Below are positions 43,050 to 51,291 of a stretch of 64,000 nucleotides of DNA, piece by piece. Origin of the DNA: Candidatus Binatia bacterium (GTDB lineage: Bacteria; Desulfobacterota; Binatia; UBA9968; CAXXLF01); assembly GCA_963664015.2 (NCBI GenBank), contig CAXXLF010000002.1, positions 1,120,001 to 1,184,000 on the forward strand, given 5' to 3'. Each line of letters starts with the position of its first letter. Within the stretch, counting starts at the first letter, position 1. The notes beneath the pieces were generated by a model. It did not search any database. It saw nothing but the letters and a program-made list of their open reading frames with translations, and was not told the origin of the DNA. A program made the position numbers and the translations under genes.

Positions 43050-43832
43050 TCATGACCACCGGGTTTTCGGTTTTGGAACGAGTTCACCTTCCACATAGAG
43101 TGCGTCAAGCCGCTCGTTGAGAAAGCAGACCTTTCCCGCAATAAACGCGCATTCCTTCGTTGGGTAGGTATAAGACCACGCGACATCCGGGACGACCCTG
43201 CCTCCCACCGCCACGGAATAATACCGCGCGTTTCCCTTGTAGGGACAATGGGAAACCGTCTCGCTGGGCTGCAAGAGGTCCATGCGCACATCAACCTTGG
43301 GTAAGTAATACCGAATGGGATGGTTCGGCTCGAAAAGAATAGCCGGTTCCTTCGAATCCCCAACAGTTTCCCCGGCAACAACCACCTTCACATGGCGCGA
43401 GCTGCCAAGGACATCCACCCTTTTAAAGGGGTCCCGTGCGTGACCAAAGACCTCCTCCCTTTCCTCGAACCAACCATCCATCTGGTTCCATTCAAAGGCC
43501 ATATACCCTCTGAGGAAAGAGGTTTCAGCTAGCGATGTCGAAAAGCTCCATGCGGAGTTTTCCGCCGTCTTTCCTTTAACGTCAATGGTCCACCAAGCCG
43601 CTTCACCCTTGTCGGGAGATGCAGTTTTTCGATCTGTGGGTCGAAGGAATTCCATGCGTACGTCTTCTATGGAAAAGTAGTACACTGGCGGTCCACCTTC
43701 ACGGAGTAAATAAGCACGCTTGGTATCCGCAATGGCCTCCCCTCCCCAAAATGCCCGGACCCACTTCGGGCTCTGTACCCACCGGGGAGCCGGTGCGCTA
43801 ATCAGTCTACCCGAATCGTCGACCGCCGACAT
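43050..43832 (-). CDS. Tandem DUF427 domain protein
   Basis: Two repeats of YY..DVRM..L, (C/S)PxKGxA, AWS. GAGGAGG RBS precedes ATG at 43832. Confidence 0.9.
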   Translation of the reverse strand: MSAVDDSGRLISAPAPRWVQSPKWVRAFWGGEAIADTKRAYLLREGGPPVYYFSIEDVRMEFLRPTDRKTASPDKGEAAWWTIDVKGKTAENSAWSFSTSLAETSFLRGYMAFEWNQMDGWFEEREEVFGHARDPFKRVDVLGSSRHVKVVVAGETVGDSKEPAILFEPNHPIRYYLPKVDVRMDLLQPSETVSHCPYKGNARYYSVAVGGRVVPDVAWSYTYPTKECAFIAGKVCFLNERLDALYVEGELVPKPKTRWS

Positions 43833-43912
43833 AGGCAACCTCCTCATCAATGGATGTTAACTCACTATATATGCCAACTCGGGTGGATCGGCAACCTTAG
43901 CCGGCGGTCGGA

Positions 43913-44200
43913 GGCAAGAAGCAAAAAGTAAAAAGGTAAAAGTTAAAACGAGGATGGAAGATTGAGGGTAGAGAATCGCGAAATTCAGAAGATTGCAAAG
44001 GGGAAAGGGCATAGCGCGAACAACTGACTACGAACGACAGGACTACTCGAGAAGAGTAAGACAGTAGGCAGGAGGAAAACGGCAAAGCGTAAAGGGCATG
44101 GCGCAAAGCCGGATGGAAGAAGGAAATACTAGTCAATAGGCAGAGAGCAAGCACAAGAAGCTGTCAGTTTTCGGTAAGAAGGTTAGAGGCAAGAATACTG
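43913..44200 (+). repeat. Modular purine-rich repeat, copy A
   Basis: 43925-44002 matches 46744-46821 at 75 of 78 nt; later modules are shared with copies B and C. Confidence 0.85.
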
Positions 44201-44311
44201 GGAACGAAGAGGAAATGAGTAATGGCTAAAGCAGGAGGATTTGACACCAGACTGGAGGTTAGTCTACAAGTGACTCTTAATTCGTTACACATATTTTAAG
44301 GAGACACCGCT

Positions 44312-45394
44312 ATGGCCGCACCAAGATGGAACGTTCTCTTCTTCGAAGATTGGGTCGCAAAGGAAGGCCTGGACCTGATCCGCGGGACGATCGTAAAAAA
44401 CGTTTACACCGAACCGCTGAAGCCCTGGAAGCGCACGGGAGGTAGCGGGGTAATGATCCAGCTGGACGGCACCGGCGACATGGACGCCGCCTACATTTGC
44501 GAGATCCCGGCAGGCGGCGAGCTCAAGCCCGAGAAGCACTTTTACGAAGACCTGATCTATGTCCTCAAAGGAAGCGGCAGCACCAGTGTGTGGTACGAAG
44601 GCCAAAAGAAGAACCACTTCGAGTGGCAGGCGGGGAGCCTATTTACCTTACCTCTCAACGCCTGGTACCAGCACTTCAACGGTTCCGGCAGCGAGCCTGC
44701 TCGATTCATCGCAGTCACGACGGCACCGATCATGATGAACCTCATCCGCAACGAGGACTACATCTTCAACAACCCGGCGGTTTTCCCGGAACGGTACAAC
44801 AGCGAGGACGACTACTTCTCGGGGAAGATCAAATGGGAGACCTTCACCGCATGGGAGAAACCCCTATCCCTGGCCTTTAGCAACTTCATTGCCGACATCA
44901 ATGAAATCCCGTTTCGTGAATCTGCCAGAAATAATATGAAAAGTATGAGCTGGGAGTTGGGCAACGGGGTCCTCGGCTCCCACTCGTCCATCTTCGTACC
45001 GGGCACCTTTACCAACGTTCACCGGCACGGTCCGGGAGACCATGTGTTGTGGATCGCCGGTGAAGGGTACTCGATCATGTGGCCCGAGGGCGGGAAAAAG
45101 CTAAAGGAAGACTGGGGTCCGGGGTCCATCATTGTGCCTCCTTCCTGGTGGTGGCACGGCCATGCGGTGACAAGCGACGAACCTGCCCAATACATCGCCC
45201 TAAAACTTAGCAGCAAGCGGAACAAGATTCACCGGCAGAGCCATGGCACGATGCGAAGCACGCGCACGGGCGGCAACATGCTTAACTTCGAGGACATGCC
45301 GAAGGGGCTTTTGAAGGAGATGACGGATATGTTCGCTGCTGAATGCGCTAAGCGGGGCACCAAACCCCGGATGCAGTGGGTCACGGGAGGATGA
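44312..45394 (+). CDS. Bicupin protein (gentisate-dioxygenase-like), copy 1
   Basis: KHFYEDLIYVLKGSG, PLNAWYQHFN; second cupin HRHGPGDH...WWWHGH. Confidence 0.85.
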   Translation: MAAPRWNVLFFEDWVAKEGLDLIRGTIVKNVYTEPLKPWKRTGGSGVMIQLDGTGDMDAAYICEIPAGGELKPEKHFYEDLIYVLKGSGSTSVWYEGQKKNHFEWQAGSLFTLPLNAWYQHFNGSGSEPARFIAVTTAPIMMNLIRNEDYIFNNPAVFPERYNSEDDYFSGKIKWETFTAWEKPLSLAFSNFIADINEIPFRESARNNMKSMSWELGNGVLGSHSSIFVPGTFTNVHRHGPGDHVLWIAGEGYSIMWPEGGKKLKEDWGPGSIIVPPSWWWHGHAVTSDEPAQYIALKLSSKRNKIHRQSHGTMRSTRTGGNMLNFEDMPKGLLKEMTDMFAAECAKRGTKPRMQWVTGG

Positions 45395-45565
45395 TGGGGG
45401 AAAGGACAAATGTATAAGGTAAAACGAGGATGGAAGATTGAAGATGGACGACGGACTACAGGACTACTAGATCGAAGTAAGACAGTACGCAGAGAGCAGG
45501 GAGAGAAGTCGTCAGTTATCAGTGTTCAGTAATCAGTTATAGGTTAAGAAGCAAGTAGTCGAGCG
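45395..45565 (+). repeat. Modular purine-rich repeat, copy B
   Basis: aaaacgaggatggaagattga, gactacaggactact, agtaagacagta, cagagagca, gtcagttatcagt in the same order as copies A and C. Confidence 0.8.
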
Positions 45566-45652
45566 ATGACAGATTTGCGTTCATTTGATACGATAGCGAT
45601 CGCGGGTTTACAAAGAGCGCGTAGCCAATCAATAGAGTAAGGAGACTCCCCT

Positions 45653-46738
45653 ATGGCCGCACCGAGATGGAATGTTCTCTTCTTCGAAGATTGGGTCGCG
45701 AAGGAAGGCCTGGACCTGATCCGGGGAACGATCGTGAAAAATGCCTACACCCAGCCGCTGAAACCCTGGAAACGTACTGGTGGCAACGGTGTAATGATAC
45801 AGCTCGACGGCACCGGGGACCTGGACGCGGCCTATATATGCGAGATCCCGGCGGGCGGGGAGCTCAAGCCAGAGAAACACTTTTACGAAGACTTGATCTA
45901 CGTCCTCAAAGGAAGCGGTAGCACCAGCGTGTGGTACGAGGGTCAGAAGAAAAACCACTTCGAATGGCAGACGGGGAGCCTCTTTACCTTACCCCTCAAC
46001 GCCTGGTTTCAGCACTTCAACGGTTCCGGCAGCGATCCCGCCCGGTTCATAGCGGTCACGACGGCTCCGATCATGATGAACCTCATCCGCAACGAGGATT
46101 ACATTTTCAATAACCCGGCGGTTTTCCCGGAACGATACAACAGCGAGGAAGACTACTTCTCGGGAAAGATCAAATGGGAGACTTTTACCGCCTGGGAAAA
46201 GCCCCTATCCCTGGCCTTCAGCAACTTCATTTCCGACATCAACGGAATACCGTATCGGGAATCATCCAGGGGCGGCCCCATCCGAAGCATGAGCTGGGAG
46301 CTGGGCAACGGGGTCCTAGGCTCCCACAGCACCATCTTCCCCGGGGGCACCTTCAGCAACATCCACCGTCATGGACCGGGAGATCATGTCCTGTGGCTGA
46401 CCGGCGAGGGATACTCGATCATGTGGCCCGAGGATGGTGAAAAGCTAAAGGAAAATTGGGGGCCAGGGTCCGTGATCGTGCCTCCTTCCTGGTGGTGGCA
46501 CGGCCACGCGGTAACGAGCGAAGAGCCCGCCCAGGATCTCGCCCTTAAGCTCAGCAGCAAGCGGAACAAGATTCACCGGCAGAGCCACGGCACCATGAGG
46601 AGCACGCGGACGGGGGGCAACATGCTGAACTTCGAAGACATGCCGAAGGAGCTTTTGGAGGAAATGAATCAGATGTTTATCGATGAATGCGCCAAGCGCG
46701 GCACCAAGCCGAACCTTCCGTGGATCGCGGGGGGATGA
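45653..46738 (+). CDS. Bicupin protein (gentisate-dioxygenase-like), copy 2
   Basis: Near-identical paralog of 44312-45394 with the same AAGGAGAC RBS. Confidence 0.85.
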   Translation: MAAPRWNVLFFEDWVAKEGLDLIRGTIVKNAYTQPLKPWKRTGGNGVMIQLDGTGDLDAAYICEIPAGGELKPEKHFYEDLIYVLKGSGSTSVWYEGQKKNHFEWQTGSLFTLPLNAWFQHFNGSGSDPARFIAVTTAPIMMNLIRNEDYIFNNPAVFPERYNSEEDYFSGKIKWETFTAWEKPLSLAFSNFISDINGIPYRESSRGGPIRSMSWELGNGVLGSHSTIFPGGTFSNIHRHGPGDHVLWLTGEGYSIMWPEDGEKLKENWGPGSVIVPPSWWWHGHAVTSEEPAQDLALKLSSKRNKIHRQSHGTMRSTRTGGNMLNFEDMPKELLEEMNQMFIDECAKRGTKPNLPWIAGG

Positions 46739-46946
46739 TTGGGAAAGTAAAAAGGAAAAAGTTAAGACGAGGATGGAAGATTGAGGGTAGAGAATCGCGA
46801 AATGCAGAAGATTGCAAAGGGCATAACCCAATGCGCCTGGTGCAGACCACTGACTACGGACAACAGGACTACCCGGAAGGAGTAAAAAAAGTAGGCAGAG
46901 GCAGGGAGCAGACAGAGCAGTCGCCAGTAATCAGTTTTCAGTCAAG
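46739..46946 (+). repeat. Modular purine-rich repeat, copy C
   Basis: Starts 5 nt after the cupin stop; 78-nt near-identity to copy A. Confidence 0.85.
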
Positions 46947-46995
46947 AAAAATCTGCAACACCGTGGGCGTGCATGGTCGGCATTCAGGAATGTGG

Positions 46996-47607
46996 CTACT
47001 CCCTTTTAAATCCGCCGAAGAGGCTGCGTCTTTCGTCTTGCCAAAAACAATTTACGTCGACAAATCCGGCCTGTCCGAGCCACGACAATTGGTCTTCCAA
47101 TGGAGAACCCAGCCGGTCAAAGTTGAGAAAGCACCCGCCATCCTTGACCAAGGATAATATCTCCTCGTAAATGGCTTGGATCACTTTCGGATCGCGCACG
47201 TTGTGGATCGCTATGGCTGACACGACGGCTTCAAAAGGTCCGGCAATTCCTTGACTCCATCCCGATTTGCTAAAGTCACACTGGGCGTAGGCGAAACGTC
47301 CATCATAAGAAGCCATACGCTCATGGCCTAGCCTGATCATCTCTTGAGACCCGTCCTGGCACAGGACCGTAGCATTGGGAAATTTTTCAAGCAGAGACTG
47401 TGTCAACGCACCGTATCCCGCGCCAACGTCCAGAATTTTCATGGGAATCCCCTTGTCGAAAGGAATGGTGTCGGCCAACAGATTAAAGGCCTCCGCCCGG
47501 TCGTGCTCTTTTTTATCCTGTCCATCGGCCCAGCCCGAAACATACTCGGTCGATGCCCAATCGTGGTCGTCGTGGCGATGACCCGAGAATGGTGATGACT
47601 GTGCCAT
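46996..47607 (-). CDS. Class I SAM-dependent methyltransferase
   Basis: Motifs ILDVGAGYG, FEAVVSAIAIH, LVKDGGCFLNFD. Confidence 0.9.
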   Translation of the reverse strand: MAQSSPFSGHRHDDHDWASTEYVSGWADGQDKKEHDRAEAFNLLADTIPFDKGIPMKILDVGAGYGALTQSLLEKFPNATVLCQDGSQEMIRLGHERMASYDGRFAYAQCDFSKSGWSQGIAGPFEAVVSAIAIHNVRDPKVIQAIYEEILSLVKDGGCFLNFDRLGSPLEDQLSWLGQAGFVDVNCFWQDERRSLFGGFKRE

Positions 47608-47697
47608 TTAGGATCTCCTTGTAAACAGCATGGCGCTAATAGCTATCAGCAGTCAGCTTTCAGCTCTTAGCTAGCCGTGACGACAAACAAAAGACAC

Positions 47698-48139
47698 TTA
47701 ACCGCAGATTTACGCCGATTTAAACCAGGTCTCTCTTCTTGGCCTCAAATTCTTCTTTGTTGATTTCTCCCCGGGTGTACCGCTCGCGAAGAATGCCTAT
47801 CGCAGCGTCAGACCGGGGCTCTTTCCCCTGGCCCAGAAGCCATCGTATCCCGACTATCACACCGACGATCAATAGCCCCCAGAACAGCACCACCATGATC
47901 ATCATGCCGAATCCCCAGGTCCCCCACCACATGGGGCGCATTCCCCAACCGGGCCCATCCGGGCGAGGCTGAGCCAAGGGCGCCAAGACAAACAAAAGAA
48001 TGCCTCTTCTAGTGACTAGGTTATTTGCCCAATCGTCGTCTCCAGATTGAGCAAAACTTCTTCCCTCTGCGTGCTCTGCGTCTCTGCGGCAAAATGTCCG
48101 TATGCTTATCTGCGACAATCTGCGTAAATCTGCGGTTAA
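47698..48139. repeat. Inverted-repeat-bounded element containing part of the 1240-1440 repeat and a SHOCT gene fragment
   Basis: ttaaccgcagatttacgccgatt (47698-47720) / aatctgcgtaaatctgcggttaa (48117-48139); 47987-48139 matches 1295-1437. Confidence 0.8.
47720..47986 (-). CDS. SHOCT-domain membrane protein; 5' end replaced by repeat sequence
   Basis: GWGMRPMWWGTWGFGMM, one TM helix, ILRERYTRGEINKEEFEAKKRDL. True start is uncertain. Confidence 0.75.
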   Translation of the reverse strand: MAPLAQPRPDGPGWGMRPMWWGTWGFGMMIMVVLFWGLLIVGVIVGIRWLLGQGKEPRSDAAIGILRERYTRGEINKEEFEAKKRDLV

Positions 48140-48218
48140 TTTCCTTAGTCTTTAGTACTGTTGTCGGTTGTCAGTAGTCTTCACCTGACGCTTTGCGCCA
48201 TGCGCCTTGCTGCCCCCT

Positions 48219-49475
48219 CTACTTCGATCCCGCGTATGCCTCTACTTGCTGCCACACCCTAAGGACGTTCTCTGAACTTATCTTTTTGATGTCGTTTTCG
48301 CTATAGCCACGCTCAAGCAGAACACGAAACAAATTGGGATACATGGAAGCGTCCTTGAGACCTGTGGGCAGGGTATTTCCTAGACCGTCAAAATCGGACC
48401 CCAGGCCAACGTGGTCTATGCCAGCCAGCTTCACTACATGGTCGATGTGGTCTGCCACCACCTCCACCGTGGAGAACTTGAACGGATGGATTTTGTCATA
48501 TTCCTTCCTAAATGCCCTGACCCTGGGGTCTCGGCCGGTGATCTTGTTGATCCTTCTGAAGGCGCGAATGGTGTTCCGCCGCGCCACGTACTGCTGGTTG
48601 AAGACCTTTTCAATGAAACCGGAGCCAAAGTTGATCATGATCACTCCCCCCTTCTCGGCCAGGCGCTTGATCATCCCATCGCTCATGTTACGGTGCCAGC
48701 CGGGAGTGAACTTGCGGGCGGAGGAATGAGTGGCCACGACCGGGGTCCGGCTCAACTTCACCACCTGGTAGAATGTATCGTCGGACACATGGGAGACGTC
48801 GATGATGATACCGAGTCGGTTCATCTCGGCTACGACCTTTTCCCCGAAAGGACTGAGTCCCTTCCAGGTACGGTGATCATCGTAGGAAGAGTCGCAGATT
48901 CGGTTATTTTCCGAGTGGGTCAGGGTCACATACCGTACTCCCCGTCTGTAGAAGTGACCAAGATTTTTTAGATCCCCTTCGATGGCAGCACCGTTTTCGA
49001 TACCCATGGGCAATGAAACCTTGCCGGCTGCAAAGTTCCGTTTAACATCAGCCACCGAATGGGCAGGAGCAAATTTATTCGGCCCCGATCGGATGATTTT
49101 CTCAACGATATCGATCAGATCATCGGCTAAGGCCTTAGCCCCGCCCTGCTTTTGGTACCGCGCCGGCACATAGATGGACATGAACGGCGCGTCCAGACCA
49201 CCGGTCGCCGCACGAGGGTAATCGAATTCGCCTTTGGGCGTCCGCTCGAGGACGTTTTCCGTGAGTTTTTTGTCTTTGTCCCTGGAACGATACAACCGAT
49301 AAGGAAGATCGATATGACCGTCCACGATGATTAAGCGCTTGGCCAATTCCCGGGCTCTAGTATCCGAGGCGAATTTGACGCCTAGGTCCTCCGCCGCGAT
49401 GGATGTTCGTGGGTAGAGGCCGCATAAACCGACCAGAATCAACGCAGAAAAAATGGCTGTTCCGATTCTTCGCAT
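48219..49475 (-). CDS. Membrane dipeptidase (peptidase M19), secreted
   Basis: Signal peptide; DGHID, MGIENG, TLTH, MNRLGIIIDVSH, ATHSS, VGLGSDFDG. Confidence 0.93.
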   Translation of the reverse strand: MRRIGTAIFSALILVGLCGLYPRTSIAAEDLGVKFASDTRARELAKRLIIVDGHIDLPYRLYRSRDKDKKLTENVLERTPKGEFDYPRAATGGLDAPFMSIYVPARYQKQGGAKALADDLIDIVEKIIRSGPNKFAPAHSVADVKRNFAAGKVSLPMGIENGAAIEGDLKNLGHFYRRGVRYVTLTHSENNRICDSSYDDHRTWKGLSPFGEKVVAEMNRLGIIIDVSHVSDDTFYQVVKLSRTPVVATHSSARKFTPGWHRNMSDGMIKRLAEKGGVIMINFGSGFIEKVFNQQYVARRNTIRAFRRINKITGRDPRVRAFRKEYDKIHPFKFSTVEVVADHIDHVVKLAGIDHVGLGSDFDGLGNTLPTGLKDASMYPNLFRVLLERGYSENDIKKISSENVLRVWQQVEAYAGSK

Positions 49476-49594
49476 GGAGGCTCCTTTCGCCGTTTGCCCT
49501 ACGGTAGATCCTCTGGTTGAATCAGTTACAACTCACGCCAAGGGCGGCAGTATAGCCGCTCCCCCTGAAGAAGAAAAGGGAGAGAACTATCATC

Positions 49595-51238
49595 GTGGCA
49601 ACATCATTTGACCGAAGTGTCGATATTATCGTGGTTGGAACGGGCGCGGCCGCCTCCGTTGCGGCTATCGAGGCCGAGGATCGAGGCAATCAGGTTCTGA
49701 TGATCGAAAAGGCCCCAATCTACGGGGGAACCACAAGGATCTCCGCCGGCGGGATTTGGATTCCCAACAATCGATTTCTCCAGGAGCAAGAGGTGGGGGA
49801 CCCGAAGGAGGATTGCATAAAATTCATGGCGCGGGCATCGTATCCTGTAAGCTTTCATCCCTCACCATCACGCTACGGACTTTCTCAAACAGAATACGCC
49901 CTGCTGGAGACCTTCTATGATAACGGTTCCAGGATGCTCGATGCCATGATGGACGGCGCTGGGCTCACTCTGTCCGGCGGGGACATTCAAAACGGCAGGT
50001 CAAGTTATTATCACTACCCGGAGGATAAAGTCCCGCGAGGCAGGGGAATCAGGACTGTCAATTCGGACGGCACTCTGGCCCGGGGATCCGATCTGATCGA
50101 TCAGTTGCAGAGTGAGGTCAAGCGTCGCGGGATCCCTGTTATTTTAAATACCAAGGCACAGCGGATCCTCCAAAACCCCGCTGGGGAGGTCATTGGGGTC
50201 GAAGCGGCTTCAAGCCATAGCAGTACTCCCCTGTGTCTTGGGGCGAGAAAAGGGGTGATCTTCGGCACCGGCGGCTTTGCACACAATTCCGAGTTGAAGC
50301 AAAAATTGTCAGATCGGCCCACCTTCGGGAGTTGTGCCGTCAAGGAAAGCGAGGGCGACTTTCTACTAATGGCACGGGCCGTTGGTGCCGATCTGGAAGG
50401 TCCCGCCCACGGCTGGTGGGCGGAGGTCGTCTTGGAGGAGGCCCTTGCGGGACCTATAACCAATGACGTCTGGGTTCCACCGGGAGACAGCATGATCGTT
50501 GTCAATCGATACGGGTTGCGGGTGGTCAGCGAAAAGCTCGCGTACCATGTACGCACACCGGTCCATTTCCAATGGGATCCAGTGAGGGGTGAATTTCCCA
50601 ACCTGGTTTTGTTCATGATCTACGATCAACGAACCGCTGAAAAGTTTAGCCGATCGGCAGGAGTGAGCTATCCCTTACTGGCCCCCGACGCACCCTATGT
50701 CATCACTGGTTACACCCTGGAAGAGCTGACGGTGACCTTACAGGCAAAGCTGGTCAAAATCGGGGACCTTCCGTCAGGCCCGACGCTTTCATTGGCGGAG
50801 CAGTTCACCGGGTCTCTGCGCCAGTCGATCCAAACGTTCAACGGATATGCCCGAAACGGTGTGGATCCGGACTTTCACCGGGGAGAGATCCCCATTGAAA
50901 CGGACCTGTACCTTGATCAGGGAGGCGCGAACGCGGGCAATCGATTTCCCAACCAAACCATGCATCCCGTGTCGGATCAGGGCCCATACCACTGCATTAT
51001 CCTGGCGGCCGGTCTACTGGACACCCACGGGGGACCGAAAATCGATTCTCACGCGCAGGTCCTGGATTCCTCTGGGAAGCTCATCCCAGGGCTGTACGGT
51101 GCCGGGAACTGCGTCCAGGGACCGGCCGGGAAGGCGTACTGGGGGCCTGGGGCGACCCTCGGCCTGGCCATGACATTCGGCTACGTGGCCGCCGTGAGTG
51201 CATCCGAAGCCCCACGGAAAGAGGCGCTCACCCTTTGA
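49595..51238 (+). CDS. FAD-dependent oxidoreductase (3-ketosteroid dehydrogenase/SdhA-like family)
   Basis: Motifs VVGTGAA, GGTTRISAGGIWIPNN, FGTGGF, DPDFHRGE, THGGPKID, IPGLYGAGN, YWGPGATLG. Confidence 0.88.
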   Translation: MATSFDRSVDIIVVGTGAAASVAAIEAEDRGNQVLMIEKAPIYGGTTRISAGGIWIPNNRFLQEQEVGDPKEDCIKFMARASYPVSFHPSPSRYGLSQTEYALLETFYDNGSRMLDAMMDGAGLTLSGGDIQNGRSSYYHYPEDKVPRGRGIRTVNSDGTLARGSDLIDQLQSEVKRRGIPVILNTKAQRILQNPAGEVIGVEAASSHSSTPLCLGARKGVIFGTGGFAHNSELKQKLSDRPTFGSCAVKESEGDFLLMARAVGADLEGPAHGWWAEVVLEEALAGPITNDVWVPPGDSMIVVNRYGLRVVSEKLAYHVRTPVHFQWDPVRGEFPNLVLFMIYDQRTAEKFSRSAGVSYPLLAPDAPYVITGYTLEELTVTLQAKLVKIGDLPSGPTLSLAEQFTGSLRQSIQTFNGYARNGVDPDFHRGEIPIETDLYLDQGGANAGNRFPNQTMHPVSDQGPYHCIILAAGLLDTHGGPKIDSHAQVLDSSGKLIPGLYGAGNCVQGPAGKAYWGPGATLGLAMTFGYVAAVSASEAPRKEALTL

Positions 51239-51291
51239 ATGGGATGGTTTCAACTTGAAGCTGCATACCAGCCGGTTCAAAACCGCCACGG

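Noticed and set aside
43897-44154. Small hydrophobic ORFs at 43897-44154, 23593-23856 and 46445-46831
   Set aside because: They are translations of the pyrimidine-rich strand of the repeats (F/L/S-rich), without an RBS.
43913-46946. CRISPR array or integron attC sites
   Set aside because: There is no regular repeat-spacer period and no cas or intI gene in the window. The repeats lack the RYYYAAC/GTTRRRY palindromic attC structure.
49595-51238. Steroid degradation cluster
   Set aside because: Only a family-level resemblance to KstD; no other steroid catabolic genes are nearby.
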